DNA from: Raillietiella orientalis
Lineage: Eukaryota
NCBI GenBank assembly: GCA_036172245.1
Contig: JAYWIR010000037.1
Location: 1-64,000, forward strand
DNA: 64,000 nucleotides
Reading direction: 5' to 3'
The notes under the pieces were generated by a model. That model had not been told where the DNA came from. It did not search any database and worked only from the letters and a program-made list of their open reading frames with translations. The position numbers and the translations under genes were made by a program. Below, piece by piece: positions 9,901 to 23,470 of this stretch. Positions within the stretch are counted from its first letter, which is position 1. Every line of letters begins with the position of its first letter.

Positions 9901-12551
9901 TGGTTGTTTTGAGTACCATTACGTTCAGACGATGCGGAAACACGCTGTCGTCAACACACTACACGGTACGGAAAGCTTGAGTGACCTTCTGATCCACAAG
10001 TGGATAGGTTAGTGTTCGCATTCTTCGACCTATCGAACTTTGCGAAACTTTAAGAGATTTGTTTCTTGAACCGATTCAGTCGGAAAGGAAGTACGTGAAC
10101 ACTATTTGCTCTGAGACCGAGGGCTTTTCTCATGAAGCAAAGCGAAGGAAATAATGTCCTTGCCGAAGGCAGGCACAAAGGGAACGGTGCTGGCACACTG
10201 TTTCCAGCATTCTGTCTCCTGAGTTGAAAATCGGAGCAAATATTTGCGTCGGAATCCAAAAAGAGAAAAATCACCAAACATCGCAGGACAGAAATGCGTT
10301 TGTTGTTTTTGGTGTGCGTCCGTTCAAATGGAAAGATACAAAGAATTCGTGTCGACAGCATCCGTCTGTATCCGTTCAAATCAACATGCATATCTTTATG
10401 TCATTGTACATGTTCACAAGAGTGTTTATGTGAAAAGCATTATGTATATCTTCGATATCAAAAGTATATTTAAGTATCACACCATATATACTCATGTACC
10501 TACATTTATATCGAAATGAAAATGTATTTGTAGTGGATCTAACTCTGTATATCTTAAATTCTGTACATACACAATCACATACGAGTATGTCTATTTACAC
10601 GGATGTATATATATCAAAAAATGAATTAATTTTTTCATTCTAAGGTTTTCACGTCTTTATATTCAACTTTAAGCCAAACTTTTATACGCGTTTTTCTGCA
10701 CATAAAAGGAAATATGCATCGGTATCTTGCTGTCAAGTCATCCATAAAAACAGCATGTATGTAATACTATACCAGTCTCTATCTGTATTAATATTCACAA
10801 AGTATTCATGTATGTATGTCAGTCTGTAAATAGAAATGGTATCATTCTCAGTATAGAATTATGAATATCAATGTATGCATTTTTACCGCTTGCGATGTCT
10901 TACTTGCTCTACCAGTCTTACTCTATACTCATATGAAAGTTCATGGGAAATATTTTTATCAGAATGTGTAAATATTTACAGACATGTTAAGATGAATGGG
11001 CATTCGTGAATACATGTATATATACTGACATTAGCATACGTGTGAATATTAGCCTACATGCTCGCGTTCGTAAATATATCATCCTAAAAAGTACTGATAT
11101 TTACACACATATATATATTATATTTGTATATATATTCATGTGATTCATTGGATATGTCCATATTTTTTAATGCATACATAGATATCACATAGATATGAAC
11201 GCCCATCTGTACACATTCGTATCGATACGGAAATATATTTGTGGATTTGGTAGAAACTCAATGCATTCGTTCCAACCTATATATAACAGCATCAGCATCA
11301 GTTAATTGATGTGGATTCTAAAATGTGTACCTACATAAAAATGACAGTGAATCCTGAGATACATAGATGTACTTTCTGTTAACAGTACGTATCCATTTGA
11401 TCTCGATCTACATCTGGTTACACCGTTGTTCAGATGGAGACCTAAGTATACGTGTGGCTTTCATTATCATTCAGCATGCAGGAATACATCTCGATGTCAA
11501 AATGGAAACCTTCGTGTAAGTATATAGACTGGCAAGTGTACAAACCTTTATGCAAACAGATGTATACACGTATGATGATACACATATTCACATCAATGTG
11601 TCTATAATCGTATTTACATCTATGTACGTATTAACATCCGAAAATGCATATGCATTCATATCTGTGCACGCATACCTGGATATAAGTATTGGTATCAGCA
11701 TACGAATTGAAAGGAAACATCCGAGAAGCACGGAAGCATCGAAAGCTCCAAAGCGCAAGCTTCTTGTGCCCATTGGAAGGAGTAGCAAGAAACGAAAAGG
11801 CAAAACAAAAGGTCATTTCGTATTTTTTTTTTCTCTTTTTCCTGTCCTTTTTTAAAGCCGACATCAATTTACACTTTCATCATCATCGTATCCATTTATC
11901 AATCTACAAACATTCTCACATCTCAATGATTACTTTCACAAATGCTCTCTCTCCTCTCGCTGTTTCTCACGACAGGCTCTTAGGGAGAACGGTCGTCACT
12001 CAACTTCGTTCGACCGTCCCCCTCTTTGCATTCGTATTTATCAAGAACATCGTTTCATTGCTCTCTTCCATAAAAGAAACCCCTGATTTGAGGACAAATA
12101 GTATCCACTTGCTTAAGTTTTCTGAAACAACTGCCGCTTCCCGTATGGCTTCTTTTGCCTTGCCGATCCCGGCCACCACCGTCGTTTCCCTCCTCCTTTT
12201 CCTCTTCAGTCTAGAACTCCCCGGATCCCTCCTCCTGCTGCTTCATTTCCTCTGGCAAAACTTTGAAAGATTTGCTTCGTAAGCTGATGCAAAGTGAGGA
12301 TAGGTCAGAGGATGTGAATACATCCCAATTCACTTGTAAATCAGAGGATCACTCCCGGTTTCCTGCTCTCTATCACGTACAGTGTGTTTTTTTTTTATTT
12401 TTCAAATTTGTGGACAGCTTTCTCCGAATATCACGTGGTCATCATTTCTCTTCTGCGCTCACCTCCTGAAGGTTTCTTGTCCACGATCATTTTCATAGCT
12501 TTGGATTTTTCATTGACCGCAAGGAAAAAAAGGAATATGCTGCCTAGACTT

Positions 12552-14911
12552 CTAGCCGAAACAGCAGCAAAAGCAGAGCATTCTTCTCCAGAGTCGCCTC
12601 CATCTACCCGAATCCTCGCCGGATGAGTAGCCTACCACAGCTTCGGCGCTGCTGGAGCTGTAATAGCCGGAACTCCTGCACAAACTGCTTAAATGCTTCT
12701 CGGGGAGCCTAGGAATTGCCGGCTTCTTTCTACTTTCTAGTGTGACTCTCTCCTTCTCATTTCTCTCGTCGCTGTTCCTTATCCACAGCTCCGAATCCTG
12801 GTTTGACGAACACACTTCCAGCTTCTCTGGCTCCTTCTGAAACTGCACTACCTTCTCTTGTTGCCCCTGCCCTTGTGACTGGCAGTCGAAGTTTCGATCC
12901 TGCTCCTCGTGCACCATCCAATCCTGCAATGCATACTTCTGATCTGCGGAATCGTCTGGAAGAGCGAGCACCACCTCCGCTCTTTGCTTCCAACTGCTTC
13001 GCTGCAGCAGTTTCTCTTGATCTCGGTCTTCCTCATCCTCGACCTCTTCCTCAAAGTCTACCACCAACAACTGCTCCTCCTCGAACTCCTCCTTCGCTTT
13101 TTCCTTCCACCTGCTTCGCTGCAGCAGTTTCTCTCGATCTCGGTCCTCCTCATCCTCGACCTCTTCCTCAAAGTCCACCACCAACAACTGCTCCTCCTCG
13201 AACTCCTCCTTCGCTTTTTCCTTCCACCTGCTTCGCTGCAGCAGTTTCTCTTGATCTCGGTTCTCCTCATCCTCGACTTCTTCCCCAAAGTCCACCACCA
13301 GCAACTGTTCCTCCTCGAACTCCTCCTTCGCTTTTTCCTTCCACCTGCTTCGCTGCAGCAGTTTCTCTCGATCTCGGTCCTCCTCATCCTCGACCTCTTC
13401 CTCAAAGTCCACCACCAACAACTGCTCCTCCTCGAACTCCTCCTTCGCTTTTTCCTTCCACCTGCTTCGCTGCAGCAGTTTCTCTTCATCTCGGTCCTCC
13501 TCATCCTCGACCTCTTCCCCAAAGTCCACCACCAGCAACTGTTCCTCCTCGAACTCCTCCTTCGCTTTTTCCTTCCACCTGCTTCGCTGCAGCAGTTTCT
13601 CTTGATCTCGGTTCTCCTCATCCTCGACTTCTTCCCCAAAGTCCACCACCAGCAACTGTTCCTCCTCGAACTCCTCCTTCGCTTTTTCCTTCCACCTGCT
13701 TCGCTGCAGCAGTTTCTCTCGATCTCGGTCCTCCTCATCCTCGACCTCCTCCTCAAAGTCCACCACCAACAACTGCTCCTCCTCGAACTCCTCCTTCGCT
13801 TTTTCCTTCCACCTGCTTCGCTGCAGCAGTTTCTCTTGATCTCGGTCCTCGTCATCCTCGACCTCCTCCTCAAAGTCCACCACCAACAACTGCTCCTCCT
13901 CGAACTCCTCCTTCGCTTTTTCCTTCCACCTGCTTCGCTGCAGCAGTTTCTCTTGATCTCGGTCCTCGTCATCCTCGACCTCCTCCTCAAAGTCCACCAC
14001 CAACAACTGCTCCTCCTCGAACTCCTCCTTCGCTTTTTCCTTCCACCTGCTTCGCTGCAGCAGTTTCTCTTGATCTCGGTCCTCGTCATCCTCGACCTCC
14101 TCCTCAAAGTCCACCACCAACAACTGCTCCTCCTCGAACTCCTCCTTCGCTTTTTCCTTCCACCTGCTTCGCTGCAGCAGTTTCTCTTGATCTCGGTCCT
14201 CGTCATCCTCGACCTCCTCCTCAAAGTCCACCACCAACAACTGCTCCTCCTCGAACTCCTCCTTCGCTTTTTCCTTCCACCTGCTTCGCTGCAGCAGTTT
14301 CTCTTGATCTCGGTCCTCGTCATCCTCGACCTCCTCCTCAAAGTCCACCACCAACAACTGCTCCTCCTCGAACTCCTCCTTCGCTTTTTCCTTCCACCTG
14401 CTTCGCTGCAGCAGTTTCTCTTGATCTCGGTCCTCCTCATCCTCGACCTCTTCCTCAAAGTCCACCACCAACAACTGTTCTTCCACCTCACCTCTTGAAA
14501 AAATAGGCAATGTCTGAAACAACTCTCCCTTCCCGTATGACTTCTTTTGTTCTTTCTGATCCCAATCACCACCCTCGTTCTCCTCCTCCTTTTCCTCTTC
14601 AGTCTGAAACTCCCCTAAGATCTCCTCCCCCTGCTCCATTTCCTCTGGCATGGCGAGCGTCGCCTCTAGCACTTGCATTGGACGATGCCTCTGATGCACT
14701 CCTTCCTGAACTTGGTCGTCATTGCGCTTTTCCTACACTTGAAATTCCAGTACCTCCGGCCGCTGCTCCTGGTTGAGAATTTCCTTTTCCGCTCTGAATC
14801 CAAGAATGTCGTCTTTGTACAGGAACAGCGTCCTGCAGTGGTCCTGCTGCTGACTTACCTTTCCTTCCTGCTTACCTGCCGCCTCCTGCTCGCCTGTGTA
14901 GGTCCACATGC
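12552..14911 (-). CDS. Putative Glu-rich protein exon with a 39-aa tandem repeat; unknown product, possibly a pseudogene
   Basis: 715-aa ORF at 12552-14699. The same frame extends to ATG 14909 and a TTTTCGCAG acceptor at 14912, with one in-frame TAG at 14733-14735. Several repeat variants are synonymous in this frame (GAG/GAA, TTG/CTG). Confidence 0.5.
12988..14480. repeat. 117-bp tandem array, about 12.8 near-identical copies
   Basis: The unit start TTCCA(C/A)CTGCTTCGCTGCAGCAG falls at 12988, 13105, ... 14041, ... 14392 (exact 117-nt steps); the last copy is partial. Confidence 0.97.
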
Positions 14912-17329
14912 CTGCGAAAAGCAGTAGGAGTGAGTGAACACGCGAGGCGTGTTCGCCTACAAGAGTGCAGCGTCATCGTAACACAAAACGTACCAACAAC
15001 GGACCTGTTCCGCGCGCTAGCGTCACACAGATGTAAGAAAGCGTCAGCTCTGTTCGCCGAGAAACGGTTTGCTCACGAACGTGTGGAGAGGAAGATGCAA
15101 AACATATAAACCAGTGGAGGTAGTGACGGCGGCCACCGCGCGTCGATGCGCTTCTGCTCGCTCTCACAGACACCAGTCGGCCCGAAGCAACAGTTAAGAA
15201 GCTTGCAGACACCAACGGTCAGACGGAGGCTCGACAACGCAGGTGAGACGAACGGTGTGTCGTAATCACGACGACGTTAGCGCAATACGGTAGCAACGGT
15301 ATGCACTTTGGCGCGTCCCTTCTCTTTTTGCAAGCGTCACTTGTCAACAGGGAAAGCGACTATGCTAAACCGAATAGCGCAGACAAAGCGACAGTACCAT
15401 TCAACTTCAGCGCAGCACTAGCTACCTTTCTTTCCGGGCACAAAAAATGCTAGTCCATCTGGCAGAGAGAATGTACACTTTACTGATCAGATCAGAAGCT
15501 TCCTATCGAATGAAAAAAGTCTCCATCCTTTGTCGAAACGCTCTACAACGAAATAGCGATGGCGGTCGCCCAGGCATCTAGCACTTCCCTGCGGCGATGG
15601 AGGCCGCAATGCAGTTGGGCCTCGTCGGGCCGTCCAGCATAGTATGGTAGGGTGGCTGAAAGGCAAGCAGCCGCTGGTTGCGGCGGCACGCTTTACGCAA
15701 GCACGCTTCGGGAACGCAACACCGCATTCCTGCTCTGCCTCTGCCCGACTTTGCGGCGGCACGGCGAGTGCGGCGTTCCCTTTCCAGGCAAGTGCGAGTG
15801 AACGCGCGTTCCCTTTCGAACGAGCGTGCGACCCTTGCGCGTCAGACACGCCTCTGACGCATTTATCTGTCCGGTGGGCAGCTGCCGTGTGCACTGCAAA
15901 GCAGCGGGGCGGTTGACTGACTGCCAGCGCGCATGTCGCCCAGCCTCGCTGCTTACGGGCGGCGACCAGGTGCGCCTTGACCTGCCAGTTTGGCGAGATG
16001 TGTGCGCGCGTGCTACGCACGAAGCGTGGCACCCGCGTTCCAGGACGATTTCCCGCGGGCGGGCGGGCAGCCGTTGCGCGTGCCATCTGACTTTCGGGCG
16101 AGGAGCGACGGGATGCCCCATTGCGAAGGAAGTCGGTCGCACGCCCCGTGGCACACTTAAACCGGCTCCGCACTCTCTCCTTGTCTTGCCCAAATCACAA
16201 GCTTGGCCGCCAGAAGCGTGCCGATGCGCAGCCTAGGCGTGGAACACAGCAAACACGTCGAAAGGCAACGCAAAGCTGCAACTGCGCACGCGCCATCCCC
16301 ACGATGCGGAAATGAACGGCCGCTTTCAGCGAGGCGCGTGGCGTGCCAACGACGGGGCCGCTGCCAGCATGTGTGCAGCTGCCCGCCGGCATCCGGAACG
16401 AGAAAAGGCACACACGACATCAAAACACACAAAAAAAAAAACGTGTGTGTGCATTGAAAATGTTATTATTGCCATCAGCATAGTGCTATACATGACGAGG
16501 ATTGTAAAAAAAAGAAAGTTAATACGTATATTGTCGTAATTAAAATAAACTCGTGTGCATATAAAATTATATACAAAATTATTCCTGCATGCGCATTCGT
16601 TGATTTGTTCATTTGGGAGATATGAATATACATGTCATAAAGGAGAATCTATTTTACATCCATTAATGAACAGGCTTATTACTACAATCAGTTAGAATAT
16701 GTTTACCTTGTATGGACCTATATATGGATTAGTACCTTTTTAGCGGAAATTGTAACATAAATAGATATCTTCATTGCATATTTTTAATTGAATACTAAGA
16801 AGTTCATTGCATATATTTACATCCACATTTGTATGCCACTTGCTTCATGCAGTGTATTTGAATAAATGTATATGTGCAAATGATACATATTGAGGTATTG
16901 AAAAGTGTGTTTTTCGGATCTATCTTCAAATCCATCAACATATAGAAAAACACATATCATGAAGTGAATCATAAATAAAGTATAATTATTCTAGGAATTC
17001 GTTTGCATGTTTATACATACGTCGGCTTGTATACATGTGCATAAACAAGCATAATATTCTCAAGAGTAGGAAAGAAGGCATGCTTTTGATGCATATTGAT
17101 GATTCATGTTTCCATTGTACATGGCGAACCAAACTCATGTTAAGGTGCACACTGATCGATAAGGTTCAGAATATGTTGGAATTCGTATTTCGAATCGATA
17201 GATTGACGATTGTGCATTTTTATTTATGTGTTTCTTGTGCACATTCATGGACTCTCATGCAAACAATACACACATAGAGAATGTATGCACGAATCTCGAA
17301 TCCATTTCACCAGCGTGGTGAATAAACAT

Positions 17330-20300
17330 AAGGAAAGGAAATTTGAAACTTACTGGCTGTGTTTGGCAGGAGTTGCACTGGCGAGTCCAGGATCTGCATC
17401 CATTCTTCTATCGGTTTTATTCCGGTGACATCTTTCTGCCTTCGGCACAGATGTCTGAACGTAGTCCGACACAGACTGCAGTCCTGCCATGAGATGTTCT
17501 TCTGTACTTATCTCAGTTCGTTCATCAAGTTATAGGATCTTGGGAAGCTGGATTCTGTTTCGCGATTGAGTCGCCTCTTTCAGACTGATTGCATTCGAGC
17601 TTTTGTCCCACTTTCTTCCCGACATGCTTTGCGCATCGAGGCGTTGACAACGCGGATCCTCAGGTTCTTCATCATTCACTTTTTTCCAACTTGGTGAAGT
17701 TCATCATCCTGAAACAGAAGTTTCCATTTCTGATTTCGGGATCTTGAAAGGCGTAAATATGCATTTCTGGATGTAGTCAGATCGATGCAGGATGGACAAG
17801 ATCTCAGAAAGAAAAGGTGGTGCATTAGATGATTCATTTCTAGGCCTGGCATAGAAATGGGTAAAGACAGGTGGCAGACGTCTGGAGGCAGGAGACATGG
17901 TTTATCAACGACCACACAACATGCGGGTACTCGGTGGACATCATGGCTTCTTCTCGTCGAGATGCCATTTTGAGTGGGAGAAGTCTTAAAGATTCGTCTC
18001 CTGGTGCTGTTTCATTCCCCGGTTCTTGTCATTATATTGGAGACTGTAGAACTGTAGAGAATGGTGTGTTTTGTCCTTTTCCAATCGTTTACGTTGGGAT
18101 GGTCGTGTTCTCACCTACTCCTTCGATGTCTTCGTCGTGTGACGGGCGGGTTTCAAACGAGACTTGCATTACTTCTCGAGGTTTACCTAGCGGACATTAC
18201 GCTTCGAGCCCTTCTGGCTATCAGCTTGTCATTCTAGATTCAGGAGTGGAAGGACAGTCTGGATTGTTTCTTGTTTTGCCTACCGACCCGAGAATAAGAG
18301 GAAAACGTGTTGTCATACCGAACTGTTCGTCAGCGGGCTGCTCTGGTGCTTTCTGTCACCCACACCCGAAGAAATGAGGATGTAAATTTCGGTATCAAAT
18401 AAGCCGTGTTTAGGCCTGCTTCAGTTAGTCATTCGCGTTTCAGGTATTCTCAGGACAAAGTCCAAAAAGTGTATAAGAAACAATAATTAAGTAACAAAGT
18501 GGAAAAAACAGAGGCACTTACTCTCTTTCATTCTCTATAGCCTCCGTGAGATTTGGATGGGCTCTGCGGATATTCGCTGCAATTCCCACAAAAGCAGCTG
18601 CCAGGTAGGTGACTTCCTATTGAAAACTTCCATGACCGCCGCGTCACACGTGAGTCCTCCTCGCGTGGAGAATCCCTGAAGCAAGTCTGTTGTAATGTTT
18701 GTGTGAGGCAGCGCTCAGTACGTTAAGGGCACCTCAGTCTCTCAAGAGGTGTAGGAGCGATTCAATCGTTCCGCGCCTAGAACAGCTTGGGGATGAGACT
18801 CCCCGGAAACGAGACATTGGTGCTCTTCACACTGAGTTCCTTAGTGAAGAAAGTGCAGCACCTGGGGCTTCCTCTTCAGGAACGGTAGCGAAGAATTCGC
18901 AGAAAGGATTGAGACTATAATTCTTTCTCAAAGTCCTCCTCAACAAGCAATCCCTTGGCACCAGACCATGGAGTGGTGGACGCATCCCTGCTTGTATGTC
19001 TTGAAGTTTCGTGACTCCTGCAGTAGTACAAAAGAACTTCCCTTGGACGATAGCCTACTGTCATTTTTTGAGCTCTGGGAAGACAGAGATTCTTCAAGAA
19101 GTGTGACGGCTAGACCACTTCGTTCAGTCCAGCAATAATTGCCTCAGGAGAATGATCGAAGAGAGCGAAGTTGCTTGTGGTGCATTTTGAAAGTGGACGC
19201 TTCCTCAGCTTCCTCCTGCCAAGCATTGAAGCTCTTGAAAAGTCAAAAGATCTAGAGATTTGCATCTGCAAATAACCGTACCTCCTCTTCCTCCTTTTGC
19301 GGTAGTCCAACATCTTCTGCTCTGTCGCCAATGTGCACCCTTTCGGACACACTGGGCGCTTTATTTGAGTTGATCTGTAGGAATTTCCACACGGACACCC
19401 TGGAGTATTTGTTGTGAAAAAAAGACATGCTTTTAAATAAACTTCCAACACACGCAAAGTCATCCTTCATAGTGAAATTGCAATTTCACTATGTCGGTAA
19501 GGTTTTCAGAGGCGATTACTACTCGCATACAGTTCGCCGACAGATTTGCACAGGAAAAATAAGGAGGGAGAGTAAACAAAAAGACTAAATAAACAACGAA
19601 ATAAATCGTTTTTAAAATTTTGGAGGGCAAAGGAAGAGATCAAGGGCATCTCCCTGGCGTCCTCAACATCCTTTCCAGGATGCTGGCAAGTTACTCCTTG
19701 AGCTGCATGACATGCGGCTATTTCATCGCTACCTTAAGGAAAGAGAAGATGATGGGGAGTGCCTCTCCGTTGTCTGGCCTCTTGGGTTGTAGCCACTTGC
19801 TGCCACTGCCCCACCGAGGCAGCACAAAGCTGCGTTCGTCGTCTGAGGCGATATTACGCTACACGTGAAGAGGAGTTTCAGTACCTCTTTGGGATTCTTC
19901 CTTGGAGAATACACGACCGTAGAGGGCGTTTTCTCACACTTCGAAGAGAAGTACGCTCGTTTAACAGGTGCTGAAAGGTTTCCCTTTCGCCGCTGGTTTC
20001 CTCGTTGTCCGTCGTGAGGGATTGTAAGCAGCGCTAAGACTGCATGGGCTTCAAGAAACTCCACTTTCCACAGCTATGCTCTCCTTAAGGGAGACAAGAA
20101 GCAGCTACCTACTGTCAGTTGGGAATTCAGCATTGAGATGACGTGCAGAATGGAACATCTTGGTGTATGGACACGGAGACAGTACACCGACGCTGCCAAC
20201 ACGAATGTCCCAACAAATGAACTGACGCGCTGGTCTCCGATACTGGAGATCTCTCTGGAAAATCTAGTGCTTCCCCCGGCAATCATGGATAGATTTGCAC

Positions 20301-21000
20301 TTCTCACGAAGCGGTGGGAGTCTGCGCTTCTGGTGCTGTAGCACTGGGGTCTTCCATGCAACTTCCGCCAGCAACGTTCGTCTAGAGGGAGGGGATCTTG
20401 AACTATGGCGGTTGTGGACAAATCATGTCTTTCCCGCATCCGCTCGCAGACTCTGTTGACCTTTGCCCCCAGGATTTGCTTGTACAGTGAGGTGCAACAT
20501 CTTCAGCACAAGTCACCTGCGATCACTTTTTCAGCAGGGCAAAGTACAAAAAGTGCAATATATGCATGCTCCGGAGCGCATTTTGGAGATGTTAGTAAAG
20601 ATTGCGAGAATGCCAAAATCGTATGATAGATCCGGACGAAGTTTGCTGTGCGTGAAGCCACGTACTGACACCAGTTAGATCTCCACTGTGTATGCATGTT
20701 GGTTGGTCATAAGGTAGCTTCTTCCCTAAAGACCGCATGCACGAGCCCAGCAGACCAGGATATCTGGCTTTCTCGTTCCCCAGTTCCAAAAAGCAAAGAC
20801 ATCCGCGGGTGTAGAGGGGCTCACCAGGCGTCAGATCCAGGAGCATAAGACCTGGTGGAGACAAACCTTGCAACAGTCTGCTACAATGTAGAAAAGGAGA
20901 GGGAAACCACTAGGAAAAGCCTGATTGAAGGAAAACTTAGAGCAACAGAAAAACAGCAGACATCAGATTCTGAAATTCGTAGTCCAATGAGCGACTCAGA
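17330..21000 (-). mobile_element. Decayed non-LTR retrotransposon debris, probably more than one element
   Basis: Higher-GC block with short broken frames. Ghost motifs: AIFTNISK (like AVFLDISKAFD) near 20590, VMEVFNRKSPTW (like GDFNAKSxxW) near 18620, and IDLT near 17780. Confidence 0.35.
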
Positions 21001-21339
21001 TGCAGAGGGGAAAACCCAACGAGGAGGGATCTAAAAGTACAATTTTCTGATGAAAAGTGAGGTACCAACAGATCGCCGATTGCACAGAATCCCTAGTTGA
21101 GACTAATAGGAGCAAAAAATGACAACACAAGGACCATGATGAGATCAGCCTTTTGTAAGGAGGGGAAAGGCCAGATGCATTAGGAGACAGTTTATCTTCC
21201 ACCTTGACTGGAGATAAAGACCTTGAAAAACGAACGGTTCTCAATGTCACTATGTAAAATTATCACCAGAAGTCTAATGGGAAACTTACAATTCATTTAA
21301 CACAGAGGCTGCATGCAGTTTTTCAATGATGCTGACGTG

Positions 21340-23470
21340 AAGTCATTTGATTTGCTTTCCACTATGTCTGAGAAAAGCAGTATCATTACATGGACTTCGA
21401 TTCCTAATTGATGATAAAGTCAAAGAAGATATTTCCGTGATTCAACTATCAACCAAATACATGTTTTCTGTAGTTACGAAAGGATTAATTAGGAAGTTGA
21501 TCGTTTCAATTATCCGGAAAAGCGAAAGAAGAATTCTGATTCTATCGAGGAAAGCAACATCTAAAGAAACCAGTCATCATGAGAGGGCTAGAAGAACTGT
21601 GTTGTTGATCGAACTGTGTTGTTTTCGAATGAGAATCAACAAATGGAAAGAAAGAAAGAATGCAGGTAGCTTATTAGAAATAGCTATGCAGTGTGAGAGT
21701 GGCCATCTTGCAGAAGCGATTGGTATCATTCAGTAATTGCGGCCATGGAAAGGTCGCAAAAGTTATCCTCGCTATCCACCGAATGGACGGTCAAGTATTC
21801 AGGTGACCTTGCTTGTGTGATCTGCATGGCAGCTCTCATACAATCACACGATAATGTCAGAAAATTCATGCACATGATTCAGGATGACTTTGAATCATTA
21901 GCGAGATATTCAACACAGCACATCTTCTGATGCTCTCGCAGACTATGATGTTCAATGAAAACAATTTAGATTCCTTAGATATGCTTTTTATGAAGTTGAA
22001 ACACGAAGTTTCTATGCCTCAGCACAAATGAATTCTTTCCTTTGAAGGTAACATTGTATGTATCAGCTATCGGAATCTTTTATTTCGACCGGCAGGACGT
22101 CCATCGAAAAAAGATTCTGCGGTTCACCATTCCAACAGCAGAGAGTGCTAATTTATTAAATTCAGATTTTTTTATTCAAAATTATTAATTTTCTTATTTC
22201 TAAATAGCTATTAGGCAAACTGTATCGGATGTTTTTTCATTTGGAATTCCATTTTTCACCTTATATGAATGCACTGTAATTTCATCAGTCAAATTATTAA
22301 GTTATCTTTCTGAATTTGTTGGTGCTGGGAATGGACTCACAAGAAAATGAAGAGATAGGGAAACAAGTGTTTTTTTTTTTTTTTTTTTTTTTTTGCAAAA
22401 CAGTAATTACATCCTTGAAACGTTCGACAGAACACTTGTAGAGGGGAAGCAAAAAGAATAAAAACTGAATGGAAAATCTAGGTTTTAGATCATCTAGATC
22501 AAATTCTTAAAAGGCCTGCACAAAAATAAAGTTTCAAAACCAATTTCAAAAAAGTCCTAAGTGACACATTAAGGAACTTTGAGGGTGGCAGGTTCCCTGT
22601 GGATATTATCAACATTTCATAACCTAAAAAGAGATTCAGCTGCTAGAAAACAGTCTTCCATGCCCGTTATATGTGGTCAATCTGTTATATTCCATGCATG
22701 TTCAAGGTGTGATGTGGATGGTGAAGAAAACACTGCTGGATTCAACTGGACGGAATCATCACAAACAACTCAACTAAACTTACAGATTCTAATGTACAGA
22801 AAGGGAAGAAAACACGTTATCTCATTTCTGATATACTCTACAACGAACGATGGACAAGCAAAGAAATTTGATTGATTGGTTTTGGGTACATGAGGTACTG
22901 AAATATTCACACACAATTTCCTCCGTGTTACAATCAGAATACGCTTCCCCCTATTTTGTTTTATTTTTCTTTGGAGCATTGCACACTGAACTCTTAGAGA
23001 TATAGCTGACCAGCATTCTTCTGGAATGCTCAGAATTCTTACAAGCTTCCAAGCACATTCCAAATCAACAAAAGCATTCGAAGTAATATTTGCTAATCAT
23101 TCTCAACCAACTGAACTCTGTGTGGACAGAAGCCATGAGGTGCTTACGATCACCGAATCGCGCGAACGCTAAGCACGAAAATTCAAAAGTGACCAAAATG
23201 AGTTTTCAAAAGGAAATCTTGAAGGATGGAGAGACCTTTGTTTGCTCAGTTCAAGAATTTCTTCCAGTTCCATACGAAACGTCTTTCTGTCAGTTTGCAC
23301 CACATGGTATGCAGAAACAAATACTTTTTTTAGTGGAGTACTATTAGTAATTCTTGAAACCATATCTCACACCAAAAGAAAGCCACATAGTGGATGAATG
23401 CACGGTTATTAAAAAGAAGGATTCAAAGGATGCAGACTTTCGAGAAAAAAGAAAAGTTCTTAGTAAGCAA
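21340..23470 (+). mobile_element. Decayed non-LTR RT fragment, interrupted by a poly(T)-containing AT-rich segment
   Basis: Ghost motifs in RT order: INKWKERKNAG (like IxxLKxGKAPG), ASPYFV (like LSPxLF), GETFVCSVQEF (like GxxIExVxEFKYLG). Many stops. Confidence 0.3.

Noticed and set aside
12988..14480. CRISPR-like array
   Set aside because: Units are contiguous and near-identical with no unique spacers, there are no cas genes, and the context is eukaryotic.
12803..14572. Pro-rich (567 aa), Leu-rich (529 aa) and Arg-rich (504 aa) ORFs as separate genes
   Set aside because: They are shadow frames of a 3n stop-poor repeat, end close to the array edges, and repeat variants are mostly non-synonymous in them.
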